A DNA stretch of 64,000 nucleotides from Glycocaulis sp. (GTDB lineage: Bacteria; Pseudomonadota; Alphaproteobacteria; Caulobacterales; Maricaulaceae), in NCBI RefSeq assembly GCF_022565665.1, contig NZ_JAIUMI010000013.1. One strand, written 5' to 3'. A program made the position numbers and the translations under genes. Below are positions 52,536 through 61,928 of this stretch, in pieces (the first letter of the stretch is position 1; every line of letters begins with the position of its first letter). A model generated the notes under the pieces. That model saw only the letters and a list, made by a program, of their open reading frames with translations. It ran no database searches and was not told the DNA's origin.

Positions 52536-53258
52536 TTAGTCCCCCGCCTTCGGCCACAGCTTCGAGCGTAGCCAGCCTGGGGTGGAATTGCCTTTGAGCG
52601 TTTGCTTGTAGGCGTTCTCCATGAAGGCGTTGAGGCTCTTCGGATCGCCCAGCAGATCCATGCGGGTCTTGTAGGGGCCGTCAGGGTCAAGCTGCTTCAC
52701 CGGCCTGGCCGGATTGCCCGCGACGACCATGTTGGCCGGCACGTCGCGGGTAACGACGCTACGCGCGCCGATGACTGCATTATCGCCGATGGTTATGCCC
52801 TTGCCGACGAACGCCCCATCGCCGATCCAGACATTGCGGCCGATGGTGACGGGCTTGCTTTCGGGGCGCGGATCGATCCGGTCATACAGCCCGTGCCAGT
52901 CGGAATCGGTGATGGTGACAGACTTCGCGATCAGCGCGCCGTCGCCAATCGTGATTGACCCGCCCGCCAGCAGGCGCACCCCGCCCGCAAAGAAGCAGCA
53001 ATCGCCAATCGTGATGGAGCCGGGCACGTCGCCGGGCGACCAGACAGTAAAGCTCACCGGCTGATCGCGGCGCGTCACGACATGCAGGGCTCGGCCCACG
53101 CGTATGTTCGGCCCGAACACTTCCATATTCCACGGCCGCACGATCTTGGGGTCCGGCCCCAGTTCTTCAAAATGCGCCTTGAGGAAATGGGACACCCACG
53201 CATTCTCATATGCTTCCCACGCGCTGTGCATCCAGTAGGGGCGGTGGTCACGGCGCAT
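52536..53258 (-). CDS. hexapeptide-repeat (LbH) acyl/acetyltransferase
   Basis: Repeated [LIV]-G-x4 hexapeptides (ITIGDCCFF, ITIGDGALI, VTIGRNVWIGDGAFVGKGITIGDNAVIG). Start moved to ATG 53258. Confidence 0.8.
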   Translation of the reverse strand: MRRDHRPYWMHSAWEAYENAWVSHFLKAHFEELGPDPKIVRPWNMEVFGPNIRVGRALHVVTRRDQPVSFTVWSPGDVPGSITIGDCCFFAGGVRLLAGGSITIGDGALIAKSVTITDSDWHGLYDRIDPRPESKPVTIGRNVWIGDGAFVGKGITIGDNAVIGARSVVTRDVPANMVVAGNPARPVKQLDPDGPYKTRMDLLGDPKSLNAFMENAYKQTLKGNSTPGWLRSKLWPKAGD

Positions 53259-53279
53259 GATCGGCGTTATCTCCAGTCC

Positions 53280-53537
53280 ATGAGCAAGAACACCATAGAG
53301 ACCGCGATTCTCGCCCTCGTCGAGCAACGGGGCGTGGGCAAATCCATCTGCCCGTCAGAGGCCGCGCGCGCCGTCTGGCCGGAGGACTGGCAAAAGCACA
53401 TGCGCGAGGTGCGCGCCGTGGCCGTGGGGATGGCCCGCAAGGGCGAGATTTCCATTCTGCGCAAGGGCAAGCCCGTCGACCCGGAGGATTTCAGGGGCGT
53501 CTACCGCCTCTCGCTCCCGGTGGGTGATGGCGATTGA
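53280..53537 (+). CDS. DUF3253 domain protein (85 aa)
   Basis: Winged-helix-like small protein. SICPSEAAR...WQ..M..VR motif typical of DUF3253. Start at the internal ATG 53280. Confidence 0.65.
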   Translation: MSKNTIETAILALVEQRGVGKSICPSEAARAVWPEDWQKHMREVRAVAVGMARKGEISILRKGKPVDPEDFRGVYRLSLPVGDGD

Positions 53538-54133
53538 TGGCGGAGCGGTTTGACACGCTCGCCGCAGACATCCGTGCCTGCCGGGTCTGCCAACCGCATC
53601 TGGATCATCCCTGCCGCCCGGTCCTGCAGGACAGTGCCACTGCCCGCATCCGCATTATCGGGCAGGCACCCGGCACGCGGGTGCAGGCTTCGGGCCGTCC
53701 TTTCACCGATCCGTCAGGCGACCGGCTGCGCGGCTGGATGGGAGTGAGCGAGGCGGAGTTCTACGATCCCCGTCTGTTTGCCATCACGCCCATGGGCTTC
53801 TGCTTTCCGGGGCTGGATGCGAAGGGCGGTGACCTGCCACCCCGGCGTGAATGCGCCCCGCTCTGGCAGGACAGGCTCACCCAAAGCCTTGAAAGCGTTG
53901 AACTGACCCTGCTGGTCGGCGCCCATGCCCAGCGCCATTATCTCGATCTGGACCGGCGCGAAACCCTCACCGCGACAGTGCTGCGCTGGCGAGATTTTCT
54001 TCCCGGATTTGTTGCGCTGCCGCATCCGAGCTGGCGGAACACGGCATGGTTAAGGCGGAACCCCCGGTTTGAAAAAGAGGTTTTGCCGTTTCTGCGATCT
54101 CGCATCCGCGAAATCCTGACCTCCGCACTTTGA
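53534..54133 (+). CDS. uracil-DNA glycosylase superfamily protein
   Basis: Motif A IGQAPG and motif B LPHPSWRN. Start is TTG 53534 or ATG 53537, overlapping the upstream stop. Confidence 0.8.
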   Translation: MMAERFDTLAADIRACRVCQPHLDHPCRPVLQDSATARIRIIGQAPGTRVQASGRPFTDPSGDRLRGWMGVSEAEFYDPRLFAITPMGFCFPGLDAKGGDLPPRRECAPLWQDRLTQSLESVELTLLVGAHAQRHYLDLDRRETLTATVLRWRDFLPGFVALPHPSWRNTAWLRRNPRFEKEVLPFLRSRIREILTSAL

Positions 54134-54320
54134 CCGGACAAAGTGCCATATTTTTCCGTAACTTGCGCCGGGGCGGCAAGGGGAGTAAATGGCGGCGCAT
54201 GAAACAGGCGGATCCGGTGATTTCAGGGTGGCCAGAGGGCGATGAGACCCGGCCCATACCGTTGATCTGCTGCTTGCGTGCCGGTTAGCCGGCACAGCCC
54301 AGGACATAAGGAACTCCCCC

Positions 54321-55397
54321 ATGAGCGTGCCAGCCAGCGTGTTCGAACATCCCTCTTTCGACAATCACGAGAAGGTGCTGTTCGCCAGCGATCCGGCGAC
54401 CGGCCTTCAGGCCATCATCGCGGTGCACTCCACCGTGCGCGGCCCGGCTGTCGGCGGCTGCCGGATGTGGGGCTATGACAGCCCTTCTGAGGCCGTGACC
54501 GACGTACTGCGCCTTTCACAGGGCATGAGCTACAAGAACATCATGGCCGATCTGCCGATTGGCGGCGGCAAGAGCGTGATCATCAAGCCGAAGGGCGAGT
54601 TTGACCGCGAAGCCCTGTTTCAGGCCTTTGGCCGTGCTGTGGATTCGCTCGGCGGTCATTATATCTCGGCCGAAGATGTGGGCGTGAGCCCCGATGACAT
54701 GGTCAGCGCGCGCCGCACCACCCGCCATGTGGTCGGCCTGCCGCAGGGCACGGGCGATCCTTCACCTACGACAGCCAAGGGCGTGTTTTTCGGCATCCAG
54801 GTGGTCGCCGAGAAGGCGCTGGGCAAATCCTCGCTTGAAGGCGTGCGTATCGCTGTGCAGGGCGCGACCGGCCATGTCGGCGCCTATCTGTGCCGCCATC
54901 TCGCCAAGGCGGGCGCGGAGTTGACCCTGACCGACATCAATACCGATGCGCTGGAAAAGCTCGCTGCCGAGCTCGGCGCGAAGACGGTCGGCAAGGACGA
55001 AATCTACGATGTCGAGGCCGATATCTTCACCCCGTGTGCGCTCGGTGCCGTGATCAACGAGAACACGATTGACCGGCTCAAAGTGCGCGCCGTGGCCGGT
55101 GCCGCCAACAACCAGCTTGCCACGCGCGAAATGGGCGCAGAGCTGATGAAGCGCAAAATCGCCTACGCGCCGGACTATGTGATCAACGCGGGCGGTATCA
55201 TCAACATCATGGGCGAGATCGAGACCCGCTTCGACCGCAACTGGGTGGAAGGCAAGCTGCAGGGGCTGAAATCCACGCTCGCCGAGATTCTCGACGCGGC
55301 CGAAAGCGAAGGCCGTCCAGCCAATCTCATCGCCGACGAGATCGCCCGCCAGCGTATCGAGGATGCCCGCGCAGGCACCCGCCACGCGGCGGAGTAG
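54321..55397 (+). CDS. Leu/Phe/Val (Glu/Leu/Phe/Val family) amino-acid dehydrogenase
   Basis: GGCRMW, catalytic IGGGKSVI, NAD fold VQGATGHVG. 358 aa, typical of leucine dehydrogenase. Confidence 0.85.
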   Translation: MSVPASVFEHPSFDNHEKVLFASDPATGLQAIIAVHSTVRGPAVGGCRMWGYDSPSEAVTDVLRLSQGMSYKNIMADLPIGGGKSVIIKPKGEFDREALFQAFGRAVDSLGGHYISAEDVGVSPDDMVSARRTTRHVVGLPQGTGDPSPTTAKGVFFGIQVVAEKALGKSSLEGVRIAVQGATGHVGAYLCRHLAKAGAELTLTDINTDALEKLAAELGAKTVGKDEIYDVEADIFTPCALGAVINENTIDRLKVRAVAGAANNQLATREMGAELMKRKIAYAPDYVINAGGIINIMGEIETRFDRNWVEGKLQGLKSTLAEILDAAESEGRPANLIADEIARQRIEDARAGTRHAAE

Positions 55398-55424
55398 GCC
55401 GTCCGGCATTTCTGGACCTCAAAG

Positions 55425-55459
55425 ACCCCGGACCGGCCCTGCCGTCCGGGGTTTTTCTT
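55425..55459 (+). terminator. rho-independent terminator
   Basis: 9-bp stem ACCCCGGAC / GTCCGGGGT, 10-nt loop, followed by TTTTTCTT. Confidence 0.7.
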
Positions 55460-55582
55460 GCCCTGTGCGGTTTTCAGCCATCCCCTGTTGCATTGCAGCG
55501 CAAAAGGGGGCTGACTTCGCGCCAGCAAGAGCGCGGGCCATATCCCCGCCAGAACACTCACCAGTTTTAGGGGAAGACATCC

Positions 55583-56506
55583 ATGAGCGAGATCCGGTTT
55601 GACGGCCGTGTGGCCATTATCACGGGCGCCGGCGCAGGGCTTGGCCGCTCTCATGCGCTGGCACTGGCCGCGCGCGGCGCGAAAGTGGTCGTCAATGATC
55701 TGGGCGGTTCGGTTGATGGCACGGGCGGTTCGATCAGCGCCGCGCAGGCCGTCGTCAACGAGATTACGGCTAATGGCGGCGAAGCCATCGCGCACGGCGC
55801 GAATGTAACGAAGGCCGATGAAGTTACCGACATGGTGGACACAACCATGAAAAAATGGGGCCGGGTCGACATCCTCGTCAACAATGCCGGCATATTGCGC
55901 GACAAGAGCTTCGCCAAGATGAGCCTTGAGGACTTCAGGGCGGTCGTGGACGTGCATCTGATGGGCGCAGCGGCCTGTACCAAGGCGGTGTGGGAGATCA
56001 TGCGCGAGGCCAATTACGGCCGTGTGGTGATGACCAGTTCATCGTCTGGCATTTACGGCAATTTCGGCCAGTCTAACTATGGCGCCGCGAAGATGGGCCT
56101 GGTTGGCTTCATGAACGTGCTGCATCTGGAAGGCGCGAAGAACAATATCCGCGTCAACGCGCTCTCCCCCACCGCGCGCACCCGCATGACCGAGGGTCTG
56201 ATCCCGGAAGAGGCCTTGAAACTGATGACGGTGGAGAGCGTGACGGCGGGGCTCGTCTATCTCGTCAGCGAGGACGCGCCGAGCCGCACCGTGCTGTGCG
56301 CCGGGGCGGGCGGGTATGCCGCCACGCGCATCTACGAGACCGACGGCATCTTCCTGCCCCCGGCGGAACAGACGCCGGAGAATGTCGCGAAGCATTTCGC
56401 GCAAATTCTCGATCCCAAGGGCCAGGAGCCTTATGAGCAGGGCGGCCAGCAGACCATGAAATTCATCGCCAAGGCGGCTGAAGCGGCGGGCGTGAAACTG
56501 GGTTAG
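55583..56506 (+). CDS. SDR oxidoreductase, MFE-2/HSD17B4-like (3-hydroxyacyl-CoA dehydrogenase type)
   Basis: ITGAGAGLGRSHAL...VVVNDLGG, catalytic SNYGAAK. Confidence 0.82.
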   Translation: MSEIRFDGRVAIITGAGAGLGRSHALALAARGAKVVVNDLGGSVDGTGGSISAAQAVVNEITANGGEAIAHGANVTKADEVTDMVDTTMKKWGRVDILVNNAGILRDKSFAKMSLEDFRAVVDVHLMGAAACTKAVWEIMREANYGRVVMTSSSSGIYGNFGQSNYGAAKMGLVGFMNVLHLEGAKNNIRVNALSPTARTRMTEGLIPEEALKLMTVESVTAGLVYLVSEDAPSRTVLCAGAGGYAATRIYETDGIFLPPAEQTPENVAKHFAQILDPKGQEPYEQGGQQTMKFIAKAAEAAGVKLG

Positions 56507-57333
56507 CCCGGCTTGCGGTAGTGGATGATGCCCCAAGCCAGCAGGCCTTCATCAGCGGCCTTCACCCAGTTGGTGAGGCCGTCGAGCATGCGCTCCACAT
56601 AAGCCTCGGACACCTCGCCCTTCAGCTCGCCACGCCGGGTGAGAAGCTCTTCGCGCACACGTGCATAATGCGTGCGCAGCTGGCCTGTCATCGCTTCGCA
56701 GCCGGCATCTTCAAGGCCGAGCGCCTGCAGGGTCCGCCGATAGAAGGCGAAGGAGCCGAGGCTGGAAAGGTGAATGCGGTCATAGACCGGTTGCAGGGCC
56801 GCCGGGTCGTCCACGATGTCGGCCTGCATCGGATCGGTGAAGATGATCTCCCCGCCGGGTTTGAGCACGCGCGCGGCATTTTTCAGGACCCGCTCCCGGT
56901 CGGCTGAATGCAGGAAGGCATCCTGCGACCAGACAATGTCGAAGCTGGCATCGGGATAGCCAAGGTCTTCAAACGCGCCATGATCGATCATGATCAGGTC
57001 TGACAGCCCCTGTTCGGCGGTCAGTTGGGTATTGCGCGCGTTTTCCACCCCGGAGAGATTGAGGCAGGTGACGTGCGCGCCATGCTCGCGGGCGAGATAG
57101 CGCGCCGCGCCGCCATATCCGGCCCCCAGATCCAGCACCCGCGCGCCGGGTTTAAGTCCGGTCAGGCGCGATGCCATATGCGCCACCGTCTTGCGGCTTG
57201 CCTCGCGGATCGGGCTGTCTCCGGCCTCATAGAGCCCAACATGGATATCTTCCCCGCCCCAGATAAGGGCGTAGAAGCGGTCCGCATCATGGCTGTCATA
57301 ATAGGTCTCGGCGGTTTTCACCGCGGCCTGCAT
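56503..57333 (-). CDS. sdmt: sarcosine/dimethylglycine N-methyltransferase
   Basis: N-terminal TAETYYDSHDADRFYALIWGGEDIHVGLY, as in characterised cyanobacterial and halophile DMT/SDMT. SAM motif VLDLGAGYGGAARYL. Start set to ATG 57333, 1 nt after the GSMT stop; the track ORF starts at 57363. Confidence 0.82.
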   Translation of the reverse strand: MQAAVKTAETYYDSHDADRFYALIWGGEDIHVGLYEAGDSPIREASRKTVAHMASRLTGLKPGARVLDLGAGYGGAARYLAREHGAHVTCLNLSGVENARNTQLTAEQGLSDLIMIDHGAFEDLGYPDASFDIVWSQDAFLHSADRERVLKNAARVLKPGGEIIFTDPMQADIVDDPAALQPVYDRIHLSSLGSFAFYRRTLQALGLEDAGCEAMTGQLRTHYARVREELLTRRGELKGEVSEAYVERMLDGLTNWVKAADEGLLAWGIIHYRKPG

Positions 57334-57334
57334 A

Positions 57335-58174
57335 TCACCCGCCAAAGCTCTTCTCCGCGACATGTATGAAGAAATCGGGGTCGTGATCGGTGTAGGTTTC
57401 CTGGAAATCGCCGTAGGTGCGCACGCGCTGGAAGCCGATCTCCTGCATCAGCCCGCGCACATAGTTCTTGCGCAGCGGGAACATGTTGAGGTGATAGACT
57501 GAGCTGTCGGGGAATTCGTAGCGGAAGCGCGCCAGGCTCTCATCGACATATTCCGGCGCGGCGGAAACCTGATCTCCGCAATAGTAATATTTGTGCTTGC
57601 TGTCGAAGCCGACATCCAGGATCGCGTCATAATTGCGCTGGTCCATGATCAGTATGCCGTCATGCTTCAGCGCGGCATAGAATTCGGCCAGCGCGCGGCG
57701 GCGGTCTTTCTCGTCATGCAGATGGGTGAAGGAATTGCCAAGGCAGATCACGGCGTCATAGCGTCCGTGAATATCCCGGTTCAGGGCGCGCCAGTCGGCC
57801 AGAGCCGTGTGCAGGACCAGCCCGCGCTTGCGGGCATTTTCAAACGCCTTGGCCAGCATCTCGGCTGAGCCGTCGGCGCTGGTCACCTGAAATCCGGCTT
57901 TGAGTAGCTGGACGGAGTGAAACCCCGTGCCGGTGGCGACATCAAGTACGTCGGTCTTGCCGCGTGCGCGAAGGATGTCGATGAAGAACTGGCCTTCGCT
58001 TTCGGCGCGCGCGTCCCAGTCGATCAGCTCGTCCCACTTCTCCACGAAGCCCTGGACGTATTCCTCCCGGTAATGGTCGGACTCCCTGACCTTGATAGGG
58101 TCATCGCCGTAATTCTGTTCAGCTTTTCCTGGCTCTGCGCCGGTCTGGACGTGCGTTTCCACAGGGCCGGTCAT
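57335..58174 (-). CDS. gsmt: glycine/sarcosine N-methyltransferase
   Basis: Near full-length similarity, from memory, to Aphanothece/Halorhodospira GSMT: DHYREEYVQGFVEKWDELIDW, VLDVATGTGFHSV, CLGNSFTHL, ARFRYEFPDSSVYHLNMFPLRKNYV, YGDFQETY. Confidence 0.85.
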   Translation of the reverse strand: MTGPVETHVQTGAEPGKAEQNYGDDPIKVRESDHYREEYVQGFVEKWDELIDWDARAESEGQFFIDILRARGKTDVLDVATGTGFHSVQLLKAGFQVTSADGSAEMLAKAFENARKRGLVLHTALADWRALNRDIHGRYDAVICLGNSFTHLHDEKDRRRALAEFYAALKHDGILIMDQRNYDAILDVGFDSKHKYYYCGDQVSAAPEYVDESLARFRYEFPDSSVYHLNMFPLRKNYVRGLMQEIGFQRVRTYGDFQETYTDHDPDFFIHVAEKSFGG

Positions 58175-58385
58175 GGACTGGCTCCCTTGAAATTGCTTTG
58201 CCCCCTCTTCGAAATGCGTCGCGCGGGGGACGGAACGGTGTTGAGCGTGGGCACCATAGGCAAATGGCCCGGTGAATGTAACCCCCGTCCATAGAAGGCT
58301 TTGATGACGGGCCGCGAGGGTCTAAGACTGGGCAGGAATGCGGGCCAATGCGGCACCGTACCCGATACTCCAAGGGAGACTGTCC

Positions 58386-59588
58386 ATGCGTGAAGCCGTC
58401 ATTGTATCTACTGCCCGCACACCGATTGGCCGCGCCTATCGCGGCGCGTTCAACAATACCCAGGCCCAGGAACTTGGCGGGCATGTGATCGCAGAGGCGG
58501 TGAAGTGCGCTGGCGTCGACGGTGCACAGATTGATGACGTGGTGATGGGCGCCGCCATGCAGCAGGGTTCCACCTTCCAGAACACAGCGCGCCAGTGCCT
58601 GATCCGCGGCGGACTGCCCACCAGCGTGTCGGGCCAGACGGTGGACCGCCAGTGCGCGTCCGGTCTGATGGCGATCTCCATGGCGGCCAAGCAGATCATC
58701 TCTGACGGGATGAATGTGACGGTTGGCGGCGGTCTGGAGTCCATCTCGCTGGTCCAGAACGAGCACATGAACATCCACCGCGCTTTTGATCCGTGGATCA
58801 ACGAGCACCGCCCCGATCTCTACATGTCCATGCTGGAAACCGCCGAGATCGTGGCCGAGCGCTACAATATCTCGCGCGAGGCGCAGGACGAGTACGCGCT
58901 CCAGTCCCAGCAGCGCACGGCCGCCGCCCAGGCTGCGGGCAAGTTCGATGACGAGATCGTGCCGCTGGCTTCCAAGATGGGCGTGATGGACAAGGCCACG
59001 GGCCAGATCTCCATCGTCGATACGAAGCTGGAAAAGGACGAGGGCAACCGCGCCGATACCACACTGGAAGGCCTGCAAGGCCTGCGCACTGTCCACGCCA
59101 ACGGCCAGAAAGTGAAGGAAGGCAAGTTCATCACCGCCGGTAACGCCTCCCAGCTTTCCGATGGCGCGTCTGCCAGCGTGCTGATGGAAGCCAAGGAAGC
59201 CGAGCGCCGGGGCCTTACGCCGCTCGGTGCCTATCGCGGCATTGCGGTGGCGGGTCTTGATCCGGACGAGATGGGCATTGGTCCGGTCTATGCCGTGCCG
59301 AAGCTTCTCAAGGCCAACGGCCTGAAGATGGACGATATCGGCCTGTGGGAACTCAATGAGGCGTTCGCCGTGCAGGTGCTCTATTGCCGCGACAAGCTCG
59401 GCATCCCGAATGACCGGCTGAACGTCAATGGCGGGGCGATCTCCATCGGCCACCCCTACGGCATGAGCGGTGCACGCATGACCGGCCATGCCCTGATCGA
59501 GGGCAAGCGCCGGGGCGTCAAATACGTTGTCATCACCATGTGTGTTGGCGGTGGTATGGGCGCGGCGGGCCTGTTCGAAGTATACTAG
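58386..59588 (+). CDS. acetyl-CoA C-acyltransferase (thiolase)
   Basis: Active-site Cys [32 protein letters not shown]. Start at ATG 58386 ([15 protein letters not shown]) with a GGGAGA Shine-Dalgarno. Confidence 0.92.
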   Translation: MREAVIVSTARTPIGRAYRGAFNNTQAQELGGHVIAEAVKCAGVDGAQIDDVVMGAAMQQGSTFQNTARQCLIRGGLPTSVSGQTVDRQCASGLMAISMAAKQIISDGMNVTVGGGLESISLVQNEHMNIHRAFDPWINEHRPDLYMSMLETAEIVAERYNISREAQDEYALQSQQRTAAAQAAGKFDDEIVPLASKMGVMDKATGQISIVDTKLEKDEGNRADTTLEGLQGLRTVHANGQKVKEGKFITAGNASQLSDGASASVLMEAKEAERRGLTPLGAYRGIAVAGLDPDEMGIGPVYAVPKLLKANGLKMDDIGLWELNEAFAVQVLYCRDKLGIPNDRLNVNGGAISIGHPYGMSGARMTGHALIEGKRRGVKYVVITMCVGGGMGAAGLFEVY

Positions 59589-59610
59589 CGATTAAATGGG
59601 GGAGGGGCGC

Positions 59611-60465
59611 ATGCGGTTCATCACGCTTCTGGCGGGTCTTTCGGCCCTGCTGGCAGGATTATCGGCCTGCGCCCCCACCACGTCCGGCGGGATGACCAGC
59701 GCGTTCTCCGCTGCGCCTGCGCCCGCAGACTTCACCCCGCGCGATCCGTCACGCCCGGAGCTCTCCGGCTATATCGCGGAAGGCGAGGGCTTCTGGCTGG
59801 AGCTGGCCTTCCGCGAAGCGCCCGATGGCGGGGTGGAGATCGACACCATAATCGATACTGGCGCGGCGGCGCTGCTCAATCCGGTTCTTGAGATGGCCGA
59901 ACCCTGGCTTGCCGGCGGCGTACGCCGGTTTGAGGGCCATACGGGCCGGCATGGCGATGTGACGCTCATTCTGCAGGCCGGTCCCTGCGCGATAGGCGGC
60001 ATGCGCTATGGCCATTTCGCCATGCTGGAGATTGCCGGGCGGCCTTATGAGGGCTGTGCCCGCGAGACCGGCCCACATCCGCTCTGGACGCACGAGATTG
60101 GCGAGTTCCTGCCCGCCATAGAGGCCTGCCGGGCCGATAGTGCGGTCTCCGCCGTGGCGCATGTGCGCGGGGCCGGTCAGCGCCGCATAGTCCATGCGCG
60201 TCATGATGACGGAGCCGTGGTGGTGCGGTTTGAATATCCCGGTTCGGGCAGGTTTGACTGCAGCCATAACGGCATGCGGGCCAGCTGGCGGGCCGTGTCC
60301 GACACCGAACCGTCCCGTCCGGGCGAAGGTGATCCGGTCTTCATTCCCGGCACCCTGCCTGCCCCGGGGGATGGCTGCTATCTCTATGAGCGCGTCGTGG
60401 ATGGTGAGGGCCGTCTTGTCGGCGCGCTGGCGCATGATGTGTGCCTGCCAGGGGCGGTGAGCTAG
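59611..60465 (+). CDS. hypothetical lipoprotein, Cys-containing
   Basis: Signal peptide with lipobox GLSAC. GGGGGAGGGG Shine-Dalgarno. No family recognised. Confidence 0.6.
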   Translation: MRFITLLAGLSALLAGLSACAPTTSGGMTSAFSAAPAPADFTPRDPSRPELSGYIAEGEGFWLELAFREAPDGGVEIDTIIDTGAAALLNPVLEMAEPWLAGGVRRFEGHTGRHGDVTLILQAGPCAIGGMRYGHFAMLEIAGRPYEGCARETGPHPLWTHEIGEFLPAIEACRADSAVSAVAHVRGAGQRRIVHARHDDGAVVVRFEYPGSGRFDCSHNGMRASWRAVSDTEPSRPGEGDPVFIPGTLPAPGDGCYLYERVVDGEGRLVGALAHDVCLPGAVS

Positions 60466-60506
60466 AAGCGCTCGCCCATGGGCCGACTCATTGCAAGCTG
60501 CACTGC

Positions 60507-61379
60507 ATGATCCTTGCCGCCACCCTTGCCCTTGCGCTGAACGGCGCTGCCATCCCTCAGCAGAGCCTGAATGATGCGCGTCTCGTCAATGTACGTGACG
60601 GCTCGGCAGATCTCTGGCTGGCGCTGGAGGTGCAGCCCGATGCCATGCAGGCCATCGCCGGTCCCGGTGAGGTGAGCATGGTGCTCGCAGGCGCAGCGTG
60701 TGCGCCGCGCGACATCGTCCCCCCGGCAGGTCGTCCTGTAACCCGTCTGGTACTGTCTGCGGACGACGATGCCTCGTGCAGCCTGCGCGTGGAAGGGCAG
60801 TGGGAAACCGCTAGCGCCCATCTGGCAGAAGGTGGTGTCGTGATCGCGCTGGAGGGCGTGCGCATCGCGCCCACACCGCCGCTTGCCGCTGCTGCTCAGA
60901 CCGGTGCCTCACACGCGGCGCAGGCCGGGCGGGAGACAGCGCCAGGTGACAGCGCTATGCCTGCCCCCCCCACCGGAGACGGGCCGGCGCGAACACCTGA
61001 TGTCTCAGCTGATCGGCCTGAAGCCCCGGCAGAGCGCGGCGCACCGGTTGCCCTGACACCGTCCGCTGGTGGGCCGTGTGAGCAGACCGGCGCGCGCCTT
61101 GAAGATACACCCTGGGACTTGGGTGCGATGGCGGCCCATGCGGGCTGCTTGTTCGATGCCGGTCAGCGGCGCGACGCTGAAACGCTCTATGAGCGGGTGC
61201 TGGCGTTTGAGCCCGGCCATTTCGCCGCTGCGCTGGGACTGGCGCAGATACGCGCAGATGCCGGTGCCGTGGAAGAGGCGCGCGCCCTGTTTGAAACGGC
61301 GGCCGCCGTAGCCCGCACGGATGGCGAGGCGCTGGCCGCGCGTTCTGCGGCCGAGGCCCTCCGGTCCGCAAGCGAATAA
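60507..61379 (+). CDS. hypothetical secreted protein with Pro/Ala-rich linker and TPR-like C-terminus
   Basis: ORF track. C-terminal AETLYERVLAFEPGHFAAALGLAQI... resembles a TPR pair. Start uncertain (ATG 60507 or GTG 60441). Confidence 0.5.
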   Translation: MILAATLALALNGAAIPQQSLNDARLVNVRDGSADLWLALEVQPDAMQAIAGPGEVSMVLAGAACAPRDIVPPAGRPVTRLVLSADDDASCSLRVEGQWETASAHLAEGGVVIALEGVRIAPTPPLAAAAQTGASHAAQAGRETAPGDSAMPAPPTGDGPARTPDVSADRPEAPAERGAPVALTPSAGGPCEQTGARLEDTPWDLGAMAAHAGCLFDAGQRRDAETLYERVLAFEPGHFAAALGLAQIRADAGAVEEARALFETAAAVARTDGEALAARSAAEALRSASE

Positions 61380-61507
61380 ATCGCACTTGATTAAGCCGTT
61401 TGAAACCCATTGCCGGTAAGACAGTACGCGTCAGGCCGGAAAACGGACTGGCGGGGTGAAGTCTCAAGCCGCGCAAACAGCGGCATCAATATGGGTTGGG
61501 TGACATC

Positions 61508-61840
61508 ATGAAACTCTTCAAATCTGTAGTTCTGGCTGCTGTTATGGCCTCTGGTTTTGCTGCGGCTCCGGCTCTGGCCTCGGCTGATCGTGAAACGGTC
61601 AACGTGGTAGCTCCGGAATATCCGCGCGGCGCCGAGCGCCGCAATCTCGAGGGCCATGTTACGGTCCGCTACAATGTGACGCCTGAAGGCGAAGTCGCAG
61701 ACGTGGAAGTGGTCGAGGCCACACCCGCCGGTGTGTTCGAGCGTTCCGTGCTGCGCGCGCTGGAGCGCTGGCGTTATGCGCCCGCCGCCGAAACGACCGA
61801 AGGTGTCGAGCAGGTCTTTAACTTCGCGTTTGCAGACTAG
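61508..61840 (+). CDS. stand-alone TonB C-terminal domain protein with cleavable signal peptide (110 aa)
   Basis: Signal MKLFKSVVLAAVMASGFAAAPALA, then the TonB_C fold motif EYPRGAERRNLEGHVTVRYNVTPEGEV...VFERSVLRALERWRYAP. Confidence 0.8.
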   Translation: MKLFKSVVLAAVMASGFAAAPALASADRETVNVVAPEYPRGAERRNLEGHVTVRYNVTPEGEVADVEVVEATPAGVFERSVLRALERWRYAPAAETTEGVEQVFNFAFAD

Positions 61841-61852
61841 CTCTAGAAAATG

Positions 61853-61892
61853 AAAGGGCGGCGTCAGGGGTGATTCCCGGCCGCCTTTTCTC
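61853..61892 (+). terminator. probable rho-independent terminator
   Basis: AAAGGGCGGC...GCCGCCTTTT stem with an inner GGG/CCC helix, followed by CTTTTCTC. Confidence 0.5.
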
Positions 61893-61928
61893 GCGCCCGG
61901 CGCGTTAACCTTAACGGGGGATGATCGA

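Noticed and set aside
58195-58215. GAAGAGGGGGCAA (minus-strand sense) in the GSMT 5' leader, reminiscent of the glycine-riboswitch ACCGAAGGGGCAA core
   Set aside because: I could not find the other conserved glycine-riboswitch elements (GGAGAG, CUCAGGCAAAAGGAC, tandem aptamer stems) in the 211-nt leader. A covariance-model scan (Rfam RF00504, and SAM-II/SAH models) would settle it.
61905-61915. TTAACCTTAAC upstream of the chemoreceptor gene as a CtrA box
   Set aside because: The half-sites are separated by 2 nt rather than the required 7. It is only a pair of overlapping half-sites.
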